Positions 1 through 11,263 are shown, counted from the first letter of the stretch. The stretch is DNA of 64,000 bases from a virus (IMGVR_UViG_3300010048_000002:5617-69616), one strand, 5' to 3'. Numbers and translations are program-made. The notes: generated from the sequence alone by a model not told the origin.

Positions 1-633
1 GGAGCGGCTCGATTGCCGCGTCCCGGGTCGCCCTGCGACGGCCCGGACCGCGACCGGCGAACCTCACTTCGTGCCACACGCCTTGCAGCTCGCCTCCCTC
101 AGTCCGACGGATCACTGGGCCACTTCAGTTTGCAGGCAACGAAGTCGCGGATGTGTGCCGCGACTGCCTGCGCGTTGGCCTCGTCGGCTGGGGCGTCATC
201 CAGCTCGCCGAACTCGGCGGGCGGCGGCGTTCCGGGCATGAACAGGTAGCACGCCTCATTGTAGGTCAGATCGAAGGCGTGCATCGCCGCGTGCATGGAG
301 ACGCGGAAGTCGATTACGGTGTTGCTGTTGCTGTCGTCGCCGCCGGGCAGTTCGTCGTATGGGTATGGCGGTAAGTCCAGCCCTTCGCAGCGGATGCGCC
401 CCGGCATGGTGGTCCCCGGCTCGAGGTATAGCCCCAGCCCCTCGATTCTAGTGGCGTGCCCCAGCGCGCATGCCGGGGCGCCGCACGCCAGGTGCGCGTC
501 GCCGAGCCGCCAGTCGGCGCTGACGAATACCTGGTAGTCGAACGCGTCTTCGTCGACAGTGTCGAGCAGCGCGGCGAGCTTGAGCAACTTGTCGGAATTC
601 ATGATTGTGTCTCCTTCTTGTCTGTCGAGGCCT

Positions 634-1155
634 TCACTTGCGAAAGTCTCCTTTCAGCGCGTCATCGTATTGGGCAGCGGCATCGTGTGAGTAGCGGGCT
701 TGCCCCGCCCTACGCTTACACTCGGGCCCCATGCCCGTTTCGATGCTCTCCGGCGTCGTGAGTTTCCTTCCGCATCGCCCGCACGTGCCTTCGTGCCACA
801 CTTCTAGCTCCTCAGGCAGATCGCCGTGCTTGAGACGGAACCAGCTCCACGAGAATGCTTTGACACTTGTCGCGTCGCCGGCAATGCGGCTCTTCACCCT
901 GCCGTGGTTGTAGCGCCATTCGCCGCTAGGCGAAAGGCTCAAGTACCCAAGGTACTCGTAGTCGGCTTCATTCGACGGGCCCGTGAGCAGGCTCACGAAA
1001 CGAATACGTTTCGCGCTAACATCGTCGCGAGGCGATGCGACGCGATACGTGAAGCGCGCGCCGGTCTGACGACTGACGAGCGTGACGATGGCGCGCCCCG
1101 AGAGGATGTAGGCGACGGCGTCAGAGGCGGAAGTGAAGCGCGCGCCGGTGCTCAT
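634..1155 (-). CDS. DUF6011-family phage protein with C-terminal Zn ribbon
   Basis: Motif WHEGTCGRCGRKLTTPESIETGMGPEC. Start moved to the in-frame ATG (MSTGARF). Confidence 0.7.
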   Translation of the reverse strand: MSTGARFTSASDAVAYILSGRAIVTLVSRQTGARFTYRVASPRDDVSAKRIRFVSLLTGPSNEADYEYLGYLSLSPSGEWRYNHGRVKSRIAGDATSVKAFSWSWFRLKHGDLPEELEVWHEGTCGRCGRKLTTPESIETGMGPECKRRAGQARYSHDAAAQYDDALKGDFRK

Positions 1156-2654
1156 AACTTGCGACGCTTGGGCGGATAGGCCTTGAACAGCAGCAGATCC
1201 GCGTCGTCGATCGCATTGCGCGCGGTGCGCATACGCGCGGCGAACACCTTGCACTCGAAGTCGAGCGCCCACCCGATGCCGCTCTCCAGCCGATCAAGTA
1301 GCTCGAGAACGCTATCGAGCGCACGACGCGTGCGCGCCACATTCGGCGTACGCATGATGATGGGGCACCTAACGACGGTGCTGCGACGTTTGCGCTTCAT
1401 GACGGTTTACCTCCGCGGTTTTCGTTTGGGCATGCCCCAAGACACCATCTTGTGGGCCACCTCGTCTTCGGTCAGGCCTGGTATCGTGAGCAGCCGTCGC
1501 CAATACACGAGCCGCTCCTCAGCTTGTGCTTCCGAAAGGCCCCACCCCCACGGTCCGCAGACGTGCGCCCCCTCAGGGGGCGACGGCTTCATAAGCCGCT
1601 CTTTGACGCGTTGGCGTAGCGCTTCGTCTACGCGGCGCATTGCGCCCCTCCGTCGGCAGTGCGAGTGGCGCGGGCCGGCGCGACGTCGAGCCTCGCTTGC
1701 TTCGCCTCCGCGTCGATGACGTCGAGCGCTTCCGCCAGCAATTCGGCGGAAACGACGCGCACATACGGATCGCGCCAGCCATTCAAGCCGATGCCCCCAA
1801 GGCTCGCGAGGTACGTGGCGCCTCGTTTCGGGGCGGGCATGCAGCCCCATTCTTGGTGAGCGTCTTCCGCTCGCACGACGCCAGCCCACATCCAGATGGG
1901 GGGCGGGGGGCCGTCGCCGTCCCACGGAATATCCTCGCCATTCCACACAACCACGAGGCCTTCATCGTCGGCGCGCGCCTCGGCGCGCGCCAGCGCCAGC
2001 GCGCACGCCGCGCGCCCCGGCGGCGTGCAGTAGCCAGCGTGCTCGAGAAAGAACCTGTAGCGCCCCATCATGTCTTCGCTAAGCGGTACCATGGCTGTTT
2101 GCCTCCGACGCGAGTATTCGTCTCGCCTTGTCAACGCAGGCGTGCGCGTCCTGCTCCTGGCACTTGTGCCAATAGTAGAGCGCCCGCACGAAGTAGAACG
2201 TGATGCCGGCGCGCGCTGCTTTGCTAAGCATTGCAGGCTGCGCTTTCGGCGTCGTCGCCGTCGCCAGAATCGTCTTCCGGCGCGTCGCGCGTCTCGCACG
2301 CGAACGCGTCGCCGTCTTCCCACGAGAGAAACACGCCGTCCCCTTCGGTGCCGCGCGGCGTCTCTCTGATTCCCTCGTCGGCCGCTTCTTGCCATAGTTC
2401 GTCGAGGTATGCCTCGCGCGAGCCGCACCCACCGCACGCCGTGCACTGCGCGCCGGGCAGGAATCCGCGCATGCGATAGCGCTTAGGTTGCCGATCGATG
2501 AACGCGAAGGCCGCGCGCTTGTTCGTGGGGCGCCATTGCCGGCCCAACGACGGCGTGCCGCCATCGTCGCCATACAGCGCATCGAAGCGCCGCATGACGC
2601 TGGCGTGCCGTGCGCAATGCTTCTTCTGCACGCGGCGCTTGTAGCGGCGCGGCG

Positions 2655-3275
2655 TCACGCGGCTCGAGCCCTTGCACGTGGGGCAAGGGTCCAGCGGAGT
2701 GACTCCGCGATGACTTTCGGGCTCGCGTCCTGCCCCGGGTGCCAGCCGCTTTCCAGCGAGTCTTCCACGAGCACATAGCCGAAGGCTGCCGGATCCAACG
2801 TGTCGATTGTGTTGGCGCTGTTTTCGTCGCCTTCCAGCCTTGCGAAGTGTTCCGCGCCGTCGGCTTCGACGCACTCGATGCAGGCTAGCTCGCCATCGTC
2901 GCACGTGTAGCTAGGCTGCCACGAGTAGCTATCGGCACTCGTGCGCACAAGCTTGCCGCAAGCGTTGCAGGATGCCCATTCGTCTTCCCATTGGATATCG
3001 ACGCCAGCGCGCTCCAACGCATCGCCGAGTCTCTTCATGACGTCGTCCGTGTCGACGTGACGTTGAGCATCCTTGTCCCAGTGCCCCACGGTGTTCCAGT
3101 TGCCGAGCGCGACAACCGCTTCGTCGCGGTAGCCGGGCTCCGCGAAGCCTTCCGTGTGGAGCTGGATATTTTCGACGCGATTGCGCCCCTCACGCGTCGC
3201 AAGGCGCGCAGCCGCTTCGATGAGCCGCGTTGCGCGGTGCATGATGCGATTGATGTCAGCGAGATTCGCAGGCAT
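2655..3275 (-). CDS. Hypothetical phage protein with CxxC motifs
   Basis: Protein-like composition (WEDEWASCNACGK, CIEC); lies in the leftward early operon. Confidence 0.5.
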   Translation of the reverse strand: MPANLADINRIMHRATRLIEAAARLATREGRNRVENIQLHTEGFAEPGYRDEAVVALGNWNTVGHWDKDAQRHVDTDDVMKRLGDALERAGVDIQWEDEWASCNACGKLVRTSADSYSWQPSYTCDDGELACIECVEADGAEHFARLEGDENSANTIDTLDPAAFGYVLVEDSLESGWHPGQDASPKVIAESLRWTLAPRARARAA

Positions 3276-3278
3276 GTG

Positions 3279-3689
3279 TTAGTCTCCCTTGTTGTCGTCG
3301 CACTGCTCGTGCGCCAGTATGACGAGCGCGAAGTTTTCGAGATTCACGCGCTTGTGCGGATACGGCAAGTAGTCGTCTTCCCACGACACTCCCGCACCCA
3401 TCGCCTCCCACGCAAGGCAATCACCGAACCGTTCCGCGGCATCGTCTGTCACGGTAGGATCTGCGGCTTTCGCTCTTGCGAAGAGCTGCTCAACGGTGCA
3501 GCCGTTGGCGGATTCGAGCCGCGTTACCAGCTCGCGCGCCATCGCGAAGGCCTTATCGGGAATCGTCGGCATGATGTGCGTAATCTCTTGCCCCGCAAGA
3601 GAGCAGCAATCGTGCTCTTCCACGTGTGTCGCCCACGCATCGCCCCAGAGAATGGTGGCGATGCTGTAGAGAATCGTGTCGCGCAGCAT
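3279..3689 (-). CDS. Hypothetical phage protein
   Basis: Ends 3 nt before the next ORF; GGAG-type SD upstream. Confidence 0.5.
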   Translation of the reverse strand: MLRDTILYSIATILWGDAWATHVEEHDCCSLAGQEITHIMPTIPDKAFAMARELVTRLESANGCTVEQLFARAKAADPTVTDDAAERFGDCLAWEAMGAGVSWEDDYLPYPHKRVNLENFALVILAHEQCDDNKGD

Positions 3690-3980
3690 CGGTTAGGTCT
3701 CCTCTTTGATCTGCGGGCATCCCTGTACTTCGCCCGTGTTAGCCTCGCATGTACCGGTTGAAGAACCGGAAGTCTTTGCGCGAGTGTCCAGCGAACACGT
3801 ACGCAACGTGCGCGTCGAAGGGCGATTCGTCGAAGGCCTCGAAACGCGCGAGAAAGTAACCGAAAGTGTAACCCATTGCCGTGTCTCCTTTATAGGATGC
3901 GTATCGGTCGACACTCGACGTAGGGGGCGTTACGTGACCTCCCTGTACAACGAATGTCGACCGATACACCGGAAAGCGCG

Positions 3981-4001
3981 CGATTGATTGTGAGTCAATC
4001 G
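3981..4001. promoter_or_regulatory. Palindrome (7-bp arms), possible operator or hairpin
   Basis: cgattga-ttgtgag-tcaatcg at the edge of the non-coding region. Confidence 0.35.
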
Positions 4002-4444
4002 GGGCGAGTGACGTTCGTTACGCGCCGTCTCGCCGTTCCCTTACGCGCTTGCGCGCGCTTTCCGTGTCCTCGGGCTTTGCAGCATGGCCTACGCGGCGTG
4101 TGCCGTCGCGTAGCCTATCCTTGGGTAGCTCGGTTCTGCCGAGCCTTTCGCGCTTTCATTCTTGTTGCGCTTCGCTTCCGGGCCTTTGGACGCGCGAGCG
4201 GGTCACGATCCCAGTGACTCGCTTGTCCCTTCGGGCCAGCGACACCCTTTCGCGCGTTTCTGCCGCGCGACGCGGGATTGAGGCTGCTATGGCCGTCGCG
4301 CGAGGCAATCGCGTTGCCTCCGATGCCGCGGCATACCGTGCACTGTCGGCCACACGCGCTTTCCGCGTGTCGAAACCCGACGCAAAGCCGGCCCCACGTC
4401 GCGCGTGGGATTCAGGGCTGGTTACCCTGCCGCGGCGCCTACTG

Positions 4445-4581
4445 CGCGCCGTCAAAAGTGGTAGTTGCACCCCCCGTGCCACCCGTAACCAGGCGAAACC
4501 ACTAGCGCCCCCAAACCGTAGGCGCGAAGACTTCGCACCCATGCCGCGTAACTGCGTACGCCCCTTCGCGCCGTCAAAAGT
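4445..4581 (+). repeat. 15-bp direct repeat in a long non-coding region upstream of the recombinase
   Basis: cgcgccgtcaaaagt at 4445-4459 and 4567-4581. Confidence 0.6.
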
Positions 4582-4898
4582 CGTGCCAATCTTCGTGCGG
4601 GTTTTCAGGTGACTAGGTAGGATACTGTCGCACCTCAGCCGTAGGCGCTAGGCGCTCCCAGGAAACCCGCACGGGCCCCCAAAGCCACCTCCCCTCGCGC
4701 CACCCCGCGGGGCCCGTGGCGAGCCTATGCGCCCCCCTCGCGGGCCAGAAACCCGCGCGAGCGCCCCCAACCCCCCTGGCCAGGTAGCCGGCTAGTGGGC
4801 CTTTATCCCACACGAAACCGCGCCAAAACCCGTGCCAAACGGCCCTCGCGCGTGTATCCTACGTGTGGGCCTAATGGCAACTAGGCCCTGAGGAAAAC

Positions 4899-5999
4899 AT
4901 GCAAAACGACGAAAAACTCAATGATATCAATGCTTTAGAGGTACTTTCAGGCGATGTGCCCGCGGCGCCGTCTACTGCGATCGCGCGCGTGAAGGCTGTA
5001 GGGGGGCGCCTAGTGCGCGAGGCGCCGCGCGCGCTGCCCGCGGAGGCTGCTTTCGACTCGCTTTATTCAGTGCGCAGCCAAGAGACGTACCGCGAGGGCC
5101 TCAAAAGGGCCCTTTCGTGCCTCAATCCCGACGCTGCTAAAGCGCCCGAGGGGTGGCGACAGTACCCTTGGCACCAATTGGAGTACACGGACATCGCCTT
5201 TATCGCTGGCGAGCTCGCGAAACGGTACCGCCGCGCCACCGTAGCGGTGACGCTTTCAGCTCTAAGGTCGGTATGGAAGCACGCTTGGAAGCTCGGCTAC
5301 GTCGATTGGGACACCTGCGAGCGCATGCGTAGTGTCAAAACACCCCGGGGGAGCTCCCTGGCGGCTGGCAGAATGCTTGCGGGGGATGAAGTAGCAGCAC
5401 TTCGGCGCTGGGCCGGTGGGCTCGAGGGACCCCAAGGGGCGCTCGTGAGGGCCTGTTTCGCCTTGATGATAGGTGCCGGACTGCGCGCGGAGGAGATCTG
5501 CACGGCGCCGGTAGAGGCGTGGGGGTTGGATGATGCCGCCGGAGGCGTCGCGGGGGGTGCCGGCGCTGCTGGCGACGTCGCCGGAGGCGTTGCTGGGGCC
5601 GTCCGGGTGGTCGGCAAGGGCCGGAAGGAGCGCGAGGTGCCGGTGGGCGCCAGCGAAACAGCCTGCCTTGCAGCTTGGCTGAAGGCGCGCGCAGAGCTGG
5701 CGGCTGACGCACGTCGCAGGCCATGGCTGTTCCTCCGTCTCGAGGGGAAGAAGAGGTACGAACCGCTCAACTCGCAGTGGCTAGGGCGCCTCTGCGCCGA
5801 CGCCGCGAAGGGCGCGGGGCTGAAACCGTTCACGCCGCACGACTGTCGGCGTACGTTCGCCTCGGCGTGCCTCGACGTCATGGATCTCGCGACGGTGCAG
5901 CGCTTGATGGGGCACGAAAGCCCCCGTACGACAGCGCGGTACGATAGGCGTCAGGCGTCGGCAGACGCGGTGGCGCGCCGCAAGGTCACTCTTTGGTAA
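4899..5999 (+). CDS. Tyrosine recombinase (Xer/Cre-like resolvase or integrase)
   Basis: Catalytic set GLRAEE, VVGKG, HDCRR, MGHES, ARY; GAGGA SD; no obvious arm-binding N-terminal domain. Confidence 0.9.
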   Translation: MQNDEKLNDINALEVLSGDVPAAPSTAIARVKAVGGRLVREAPRALPAEAAFDSLYSVRSQETYREGLKRALSCLNPDAAKAPEGWRQYPWHQLEYTDIAFIAGELAKRYRRATVAVTLSALRSVWKHAWKLGYVDWDTCERMRSVKTPRGSSLAAGRMLAGDEVAALRRWAGGLEGPQGALVRACFALMIGAGLRAEEICTAPVEAWGLDDAAGGVAGGAGAAGDVAGGVAGAVRVVGKGRKEREVPVGASETACLAAWLKARAELAADARRRPWLFLRLEGKKRYEPLNSQWLGRLCADAAKGAGLKPFTPHDCRRTFASACLDVMDLATVQRLMGHESPRTTARYDRRQASADAVARRKVTLW

Positions 6000-6513
6000 T
6001 GCCGTCGTGTGAGGGATGCTTCACGTAGAACAGACGAGTGCATCTGTAGCACCCTCCGAGAGGGGCGCAGATCACAATCCACGTATCAGAGAAAGCTGCG
6101 TCTTCCTCTTGTACTATTCGGTACTGCACGTTGCTGAATACGATGTGAGCGCCCGGTTCAACATGCGCGTCGAAGTCGATGTCGTCGGTGTCGTCGTTGT
6201 CGGCGTCGAAGTGAATAGCTTCGTTGGGCTGCAACACCCTCAAGGCCAGCGTACTGTCGCCTACGCCGATGACTTCGTAGACATCCAGGTCAGAACAGGA
6301 CGAGTGCAGCATGTCGCCAGGGTGGAGGTGTCGAGAGCGGGGAGACTCTACTAGCCGCTTCGGATACGGCACCGCCACAGCGCGCCCCCAACAAGCTTCG
6401 CAGAGCCCACTGGGGTGCGAGAGTTCCTCCTTCGTGAGTGAAACGCGGCACGTCGAACAGATGCTCATGTTCCAACAGCCTCATCATGCGGTACACGACG
6501 GCGTCGTCGGGCG

Positions 6514-7545
6514 TCATTGGGTAGGTGTAGCGCGTCGGCACCAATCCAACCAGCTCTCCGCTTGCCCAGCGGTGAGCTCGACGTCATGTGCTTCGACGCG
6601 CGCGATGTAACTAGGGGGTACCGACATCAGCTCCGCGAGCTGCTCTTGGCTCAAGCCAGCCTTATCGCGCAACGCTCGGAACTTGATGCCAGGATGCTTC
6701 GCGTTGCGAACGGCGTCGGGGTGCACGGCGGTATTCAGCACGCCAGGCTTAGCACTGGCGAAGTTGGTGAAGGTGTAGCCTTGCTCTTGGAGATGCCTGT
6801 CGAGTGCACTCCTGTAGCCGAAGTTGCCCCAGTGCACGAGCCGCGACGAGACGTCGAGCCAGCTCTGCCCCCCGATCGCCTTGAAGCGCTTACCGATGAC
6901 GATGTCGTCTGATTGACAGATACCGTTGGCGTCGATGGCGTTGTCGAAGAGCATCATGCCGGGGTAGGCGCTCAAGAGTGCTTCGATGGCGCGGCGGCTC
7001 ATTGCGAAGAAGCCGCCCCCCACCCAATCAGAGGTGACGAACTGATGCTCCCTGTAGACGAAGCCGTCGATGTGCTTATCGGCGTATGCGTAGAGAGGCA
7101 GGTGACTGCAGTACGCCGAGGCGCCATCTTCGAGACATTCCTCCCAACTTTTGCTGTCGTCTTTGCAGGCGGCGCGCAAAGCGCGGGGATTGATCTCGCG
7201 ATGGGCGTAGGAGCCCCCGCTGAAGTCGGATACGCCTTCCAGCACGGTGCCGACGACGGCTTGCGCGTCCTCCAAGCGGAATTCGGTGTCGTCGTCGAAA
7301 CTGAAGTAGACGTCGTTGTCGGAGCCGCCGCCGCAACGCGCATGGGACCACCTGAGAAAGTCGTCAGCCATCAAGCTGCGCGCCATGTAGAGAGGGCACT
7401 TACTGCTTCTGGTGAGCAACGGCGCGTCGACACCGGTAGCTATAAGCCAATCACGGAAACCGTAGGCGGCCTTCTCGATTCTGTCGGACAAGCCCCGGAG
7501 GCTGGGGCAGCACATGAAGACGGAGGGGCGGGGGGCGTTACTCAT
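6514..7545 (-). CDS. Glycosyltransferase-like (GT-A) domain fused to a C-terminal XRE helix-turn-helix
   Basis: YFSFDDD, GGGFFAMSRRAIEAL, SDDIVIGKRFKAIGGQSWLD..LVHWG; HTH FRALRDKAGLSQEQLAELMSVPPSYIARVEA. Confidence 0.6.
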   Translation of the reverse strand: MSNAPRPSVFMCCPSLRGLSDRIEKAAYGFRDWLIATGVDAPLLTRSSKCPLYMARSLMADDFLRWSHARCGGGSDNDVYFSFDDDTEFRLEDAQAVVGTVLEGVSDFSGGSYAHREINPRALRAACKDDSKSWEECLEDGASAYCSHLPLYAYADKHIDGFVYREHQFVTSDWVGGGFFAMSRRAIEALLSAYPGMMLFDNAIDANGICQSDDIVIGKRFKAIGGQSWLDVSSRLVHWGNFGYRSALDRHLQEQGYTFTNFASAKPGVLNTAVHPDAVRNAKHPGIKFRALRDKAGLSQEQLAELMSVPPSYIARVEAHDVELTAGQAESWLDWCRRATPTQ

Positions 7546-7583
7546 TGACGGCAGGCTCGGCGTTACTCATTGACGGCAGGCTC
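7534..7583. repeat. Perfect 25-bp tandem duplication across a stop/start junction
   Basis: ggcgttactcattgacggcaggctc at 7534-7558 and 7559-7583. Confidence 0.9.
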
Positions 7584-7961
7584 CTTGATGCGTTCGAAGA
7601 TGATGGTGATACCGGAGGGGACGGCGCCGCCGCAGTCCGGCGTTTCGACGTAGAACACCGGGCGCCACCCTTCAGCGGCCTTATCAGTCAGCTCTTTGAG
7701 TACGAAGACGGCCCAATCCTCGTGATCCATGGACTGTGCGTACACAGTGTACTCCAGCCCGGTGTGGCGACTCGGGGGCGTCGGCGTGCGATACGGACCC
7801 GAGCCGTCGCGTAGTCGATTCAACTCACTCATCTTGCTTGCATCTATCGCAGTACCATCGCCCCAAGAACTCCCATCCATCAGGTTTCGCACCCCGGAAA
7901 CTGGCACCGCAACGGCAATCACACGGCGCACATTCCCTCGGGCTCAATACTAGAGGGCTCT

Positions 7962-8288
7962 TCATCGACGGTCCTTGATGGGGTTTTCGGGGTCAGTTGT
8001 CGGGTCGTGCACGCCGTTCTCGCGGCACCACTTGACGAAGTCGGGGTCCGGCGTCTGCAATATGTAGGTGCTGCCAGATGCAGTTTTTACACGGCGTCCT
8101 CTCACGTCAACGACCAAGCTGGTGAGAATCTTCCTGTCGACACCTGCGGGGTCGGGCTCAGGGTCTCTGTAGCCGGTGAGGCATAACCCCGTCTCGGGAG
8201 CCGCGTATGGATCCTTGTAGGTAGCCCACTTGTGGAGATTGTAGACGCGCGCCGCCGTCTGACGCAAAGGCGCAACTTCAACCGACAT
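7962..8288 (-). CDS. Hypothetical phage protein
   Basis: ILTSLVVDVRGRRVKTASGSTYIL resembles a common small phage family; chained in the operon. Confidence 0.45.
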   Translation of the reverse strand: MSVEVAPLRQTAARVYNLHKWATYKDPYAAPETGLCLTGYRDPEPDPAGVDRKILTSLVVDVRGRRVKTASGSTYILQTPDPDFVKWCRENGVHDPTTDPENPIKDRR

Positions 8289-9372
8289 CGTCGAACTTCT
8301 CCCATGTCGTCACGACACACAGACCGGTGACGCTCGTTGTCTCACGACTCACCCACCCACTAGAGGACGGGCCCATGTCGAAAGACTCCGCTTCGCTGTT
8401 GCTGTCGTCAGAGTCACTATCGGTATCGACAGCGGCAATCCATGCCGGGGCGTAGTCGGTGTCCATTGCCGCGACAGCTAACTCAATCGCCGACATCGAT
8501 ACCGTCGACGGTAGCTCCTGCGCAGGCGCCTCTTCGACAATCGGCTGTTTCTTCTTACGGACCATCGGGGAGCTAGCCTCCTCTCAAGCCTCCGATGCTA
8601 CGCTAAGGCTGTGCGTTGCGCCACCGGCAGTTACGGCGTCTCGGTCTCTCCGCCGTCAGGCGCCGGTACCTCCGTCTCGATGTCGCCGTCGACGTCGTCG
8701 GAGCCTTCGAGCTCCGCGGCACCCTCAGCACCGATAAACAAGTCTCCGCCCTCCATGTAGGCGAAGATCTCCTGGCAGTCCTCTTCGTAGGCATCCTCGA
8801 CGATGGTGTGGGCTGTGGTGTGCGCCACTCGTACCCACATACCTACGCCGTTGCCGTAGGGCACCCACAGGTGGCAGTCGTTGGCACGCCGGATCATACC
8901 CGCTAGCTCGCGCGGGCTTACGATGTCATCGTCGTTATAGTCGGTGTCAGGCACGTTAGTGATCCTCCGAATCGGCTGTGCTGTCGTCGTTGTCGTCGAT
9001 GTGTCTCGACGCGTCGGCGCGCGCCTCGATGTCCTTCAGCTTGCCCCGTGCGCGCTTGGCGCGGCTCGAGACCTCTTTGGCGCCTGCGTCGACGTCCTCG
9101 AAGACGGCATCGATGGCTCGCGCGACAGCCTTGACGCCGGTGCCGTAGGCTCCACGCAGCAAGTCTTTGACGAGGGGGTGCATGAGAAAAAGTTTAGCAG
9201 CCGAACAGCCACTTGGCAGCGGCGGTAATGAAGTGCGGAAACCCCCACACCGCGCCTGCTGTGTAGGCGGCGGTCATCAAGCCGCCTACGAATACCAGCA
9301 CAGTCGTACACCCGCCGGGGCTATTGGAGGCGTCAGCTTCGTAGTCGCTTCTCATGGGGTACCTCCAGCGCA

Positions 9373-10092
9373 CTAGCCCCGCCATCCACGCCTGAAGGCG
9401 CGCGACGAGTGATGCTTCTTGTGCGCCATCGCTCGGCCTTTGAGGTTGCCGGTAAGGGTCACACGACATGCCTTGGCTCCGTCTACTTGTGGACCCTGCT
9501 GTCTCAGTATGACGTAGCCGCCGGGCGTGACGGCGGTGCCGGTCACCAGTACCCCTTGCTTGTCGAAGGGGCCGGACGCGCCGGGGTCAAACGCCGCCGG
9601 GAGCAGGAAGTTCGGCACCGCTACGCTGTCGAAGGTGTAGTCAGTGGCCTGGACCCTGTCGCAGACCTCGAAGGCCTCCTCGCTGCCGTCGACTCTGTCG
9701 GCCCAACGATTGGCGCCGGGGTCGCACTTGGTTTCCGCTAGCTCGTGGCCGATGCCCGACGACACCGGCTCGGTGCCGGATAGCCAACCGTCGAACTCGT
9801 CGAGCATGACGTAGATGACGGGGATACCGTTGGGTTGTCTGTAGTGGTAGGCAGCGGCGTCCGGCACCTGCGCATCGCTGTCGACGATGTAACAAGGTAC
9901 CTCGCCGTTGTTGACGACACCGTCGGCGGCATAGCGCACGATGTCGGCTCCGCCCCACGCTGACGAAACGTCGGTGTTGAGCCAATCGGTGAGCGCACTA
10001 GCCATCTGCTCCCACACCGGGGCGCTCGAGGCGCCGTACCCCGGATCCTTGGTGGACTGGTCCACGATCGCGAAACAGAAGCCGACAGCCAT
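9373..10092 (-). CDS. Putative zinc metallopeptidase-like protein (HELAE motif)
   Basis: AAAYH, GHELAETKCDP, FEVCDRV; 1-nt overlap with the upstream ORF. Confidence 0.5.
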   Translation of the reverse strand: MAVGFCFAIVDQSTKDPGYGASSAPVWEQMASALTDWLNTDVSSAWGGADIVRYAADGVVNNGEVPCYIVDSDAQVPDAAAYHYRQPNGIPVIYVMLDEFDGWLSGTEPVSSGIGHELAETKCDPGANRWADRVDGSEEAFEVCDRVQATDYTFDSVAVPNFLLPAAFDPGASGPFDKQGVLVTGTAVTPGGYVILRQQGPQVDGAKACRVTLTGNLKGRAMAHKKHHSSRAFRRGWRG

Positions 10093-10547
10093 CAGTTGGA
10101 CCCCTTCCTGAGTTTATCGCGCGCCTTGCGCGCCATACGCGCGAACTCGACGGCGTCAGGGGCCTTGTCGAACTCGTCGCAGTAGGGAACAGTGTGAATG
10201 ACGCAGGCGATACTCTCTACTACGCCCGGAGCTGTCTCGACAGGCATCGCGGTCTCTATGCTGTAGGCACCGCCGCAGAATGGGCACTCGGCCTTGAATG
10301 TCGCTGGCGCTAGAATCTTGCGCTGCCACCTCGAGTCATTCGGCATCGTCTAGCAGCGCAGCGTATTCGACCGCTAGCGCCATCGCCTTTCTCTTAGCTG
10401 TCAGGTAAGCCTTGTCGAAGCCGGTACCAGGCTGTTGCCACAACATCTGCATGTCCGTCAACAGATCACGTAACTCCTGCCTGACTTCTGCTAGTCCCCG
10501 CGGCGCCGTAGGCACACTGAGAGCTTACGGCGCCTCGAGACTAGGCG

Positions 10548-10874
10548 CTAGTGGCTCTCGTTGAGCTGATCGAGAGTCGTGCCGCCGTCCAGCACCCGCT
10601 TGATAGCGAACGTCGGGGCCGACTGCGCCTTCAAGAGGGTGTCCACGATGTCGGTGACGACCGCGATCTCGGCCCCGCCGCACTTCGCCGCGATGTCGAC
10701 GATGTTGGTGTTACCGGCGATGAGCTGCGTTTCGACGCAGGCGACTAGGTTGCCGGTGTCTGTCGGAGTGGAGGCTGGAGGGGCGCTCTTACAGGCCACG
10801 TCGATGCCGACGAGGCACATGATGAGCGTGACGGCGGCGATGAGGAGCTTGTCGTTCTGATGTGCGATATTCAT
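10548..10874 (-). CDS. Small lipoprotein-like membrane protein
   Basis: Hydrophobic N-terminus followed by ..DVAC; TAATG coupling to groES. Confidence 0.45.
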   Translation of the reverse strand: MNIAHQNDKLLIAAVTLIMCLVGIDVACKSAPPASTPTDTGNLVACVETQLIAGNTNIVDIAAKCGGAEIAVVTDIVDTLLKAQSAPTFAIKRVLDGGTTLDQLNESH

Positions 10875-11263
10875 TACTGTTCCTTTCGCATGCGTTGGCG
10901 CACAGGAGTGTCTTCGTCGATGGCTACGCACGCCCAGTGCCACGTTGCGTAGATGTCTTCCCCGTCAGGCCCCTTGTAGAGCTCCTTCGGAGCCACGTCG
11001 TTGACTAGTACTCTGTCGCCTGCGACGACTTCGGGTTCGTAGAAGCGTCCCCTCACGTCGTAGTCGCCGGGGCCGACAGCGATGACGGTACCCCAACTCG
11101 CCTTTCTACGCTCCCCCTTCTCCTTGGTGCGCATCGAGGCCCTGACTGTTTCGGGGATGGCGATGAGGCCAGACGCCGTGGTAGCCGGGGGCTCGTCGGG
11201 GCGGATGATGACGCGCGCCTTGATGGGACGGAGCGCGTTGAGGTTGGTGAGAACGGCGGTCAT
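10874..11263 (-). CDS. groES: GroES/Cpn10-like co-chaperonin
   Basis: LRPIKARVIIRP, mobile loop TTASGLIAIP, GTVIAVGPG, EVVAGDRVLV. Confidence 0.85.
   Translation of the reverse strand: MTAVLTNLNALRPIKARVIIRPDEPPATTASGLIAIPETVRASMRTKEKGERRKASWGTVIAVGPGDYDVRGRFYEPEVVAGDRVLVNDVAPKELYKGPDGEDIYATWHWACVAIDEDTPVRQRMRKEQ

Noticed and set aside
4899-5999. Prophage boundary at the recombinase
   Set aside because: Phage-type genes lie on both sides and no host genes or tRNA att duplication were seen.
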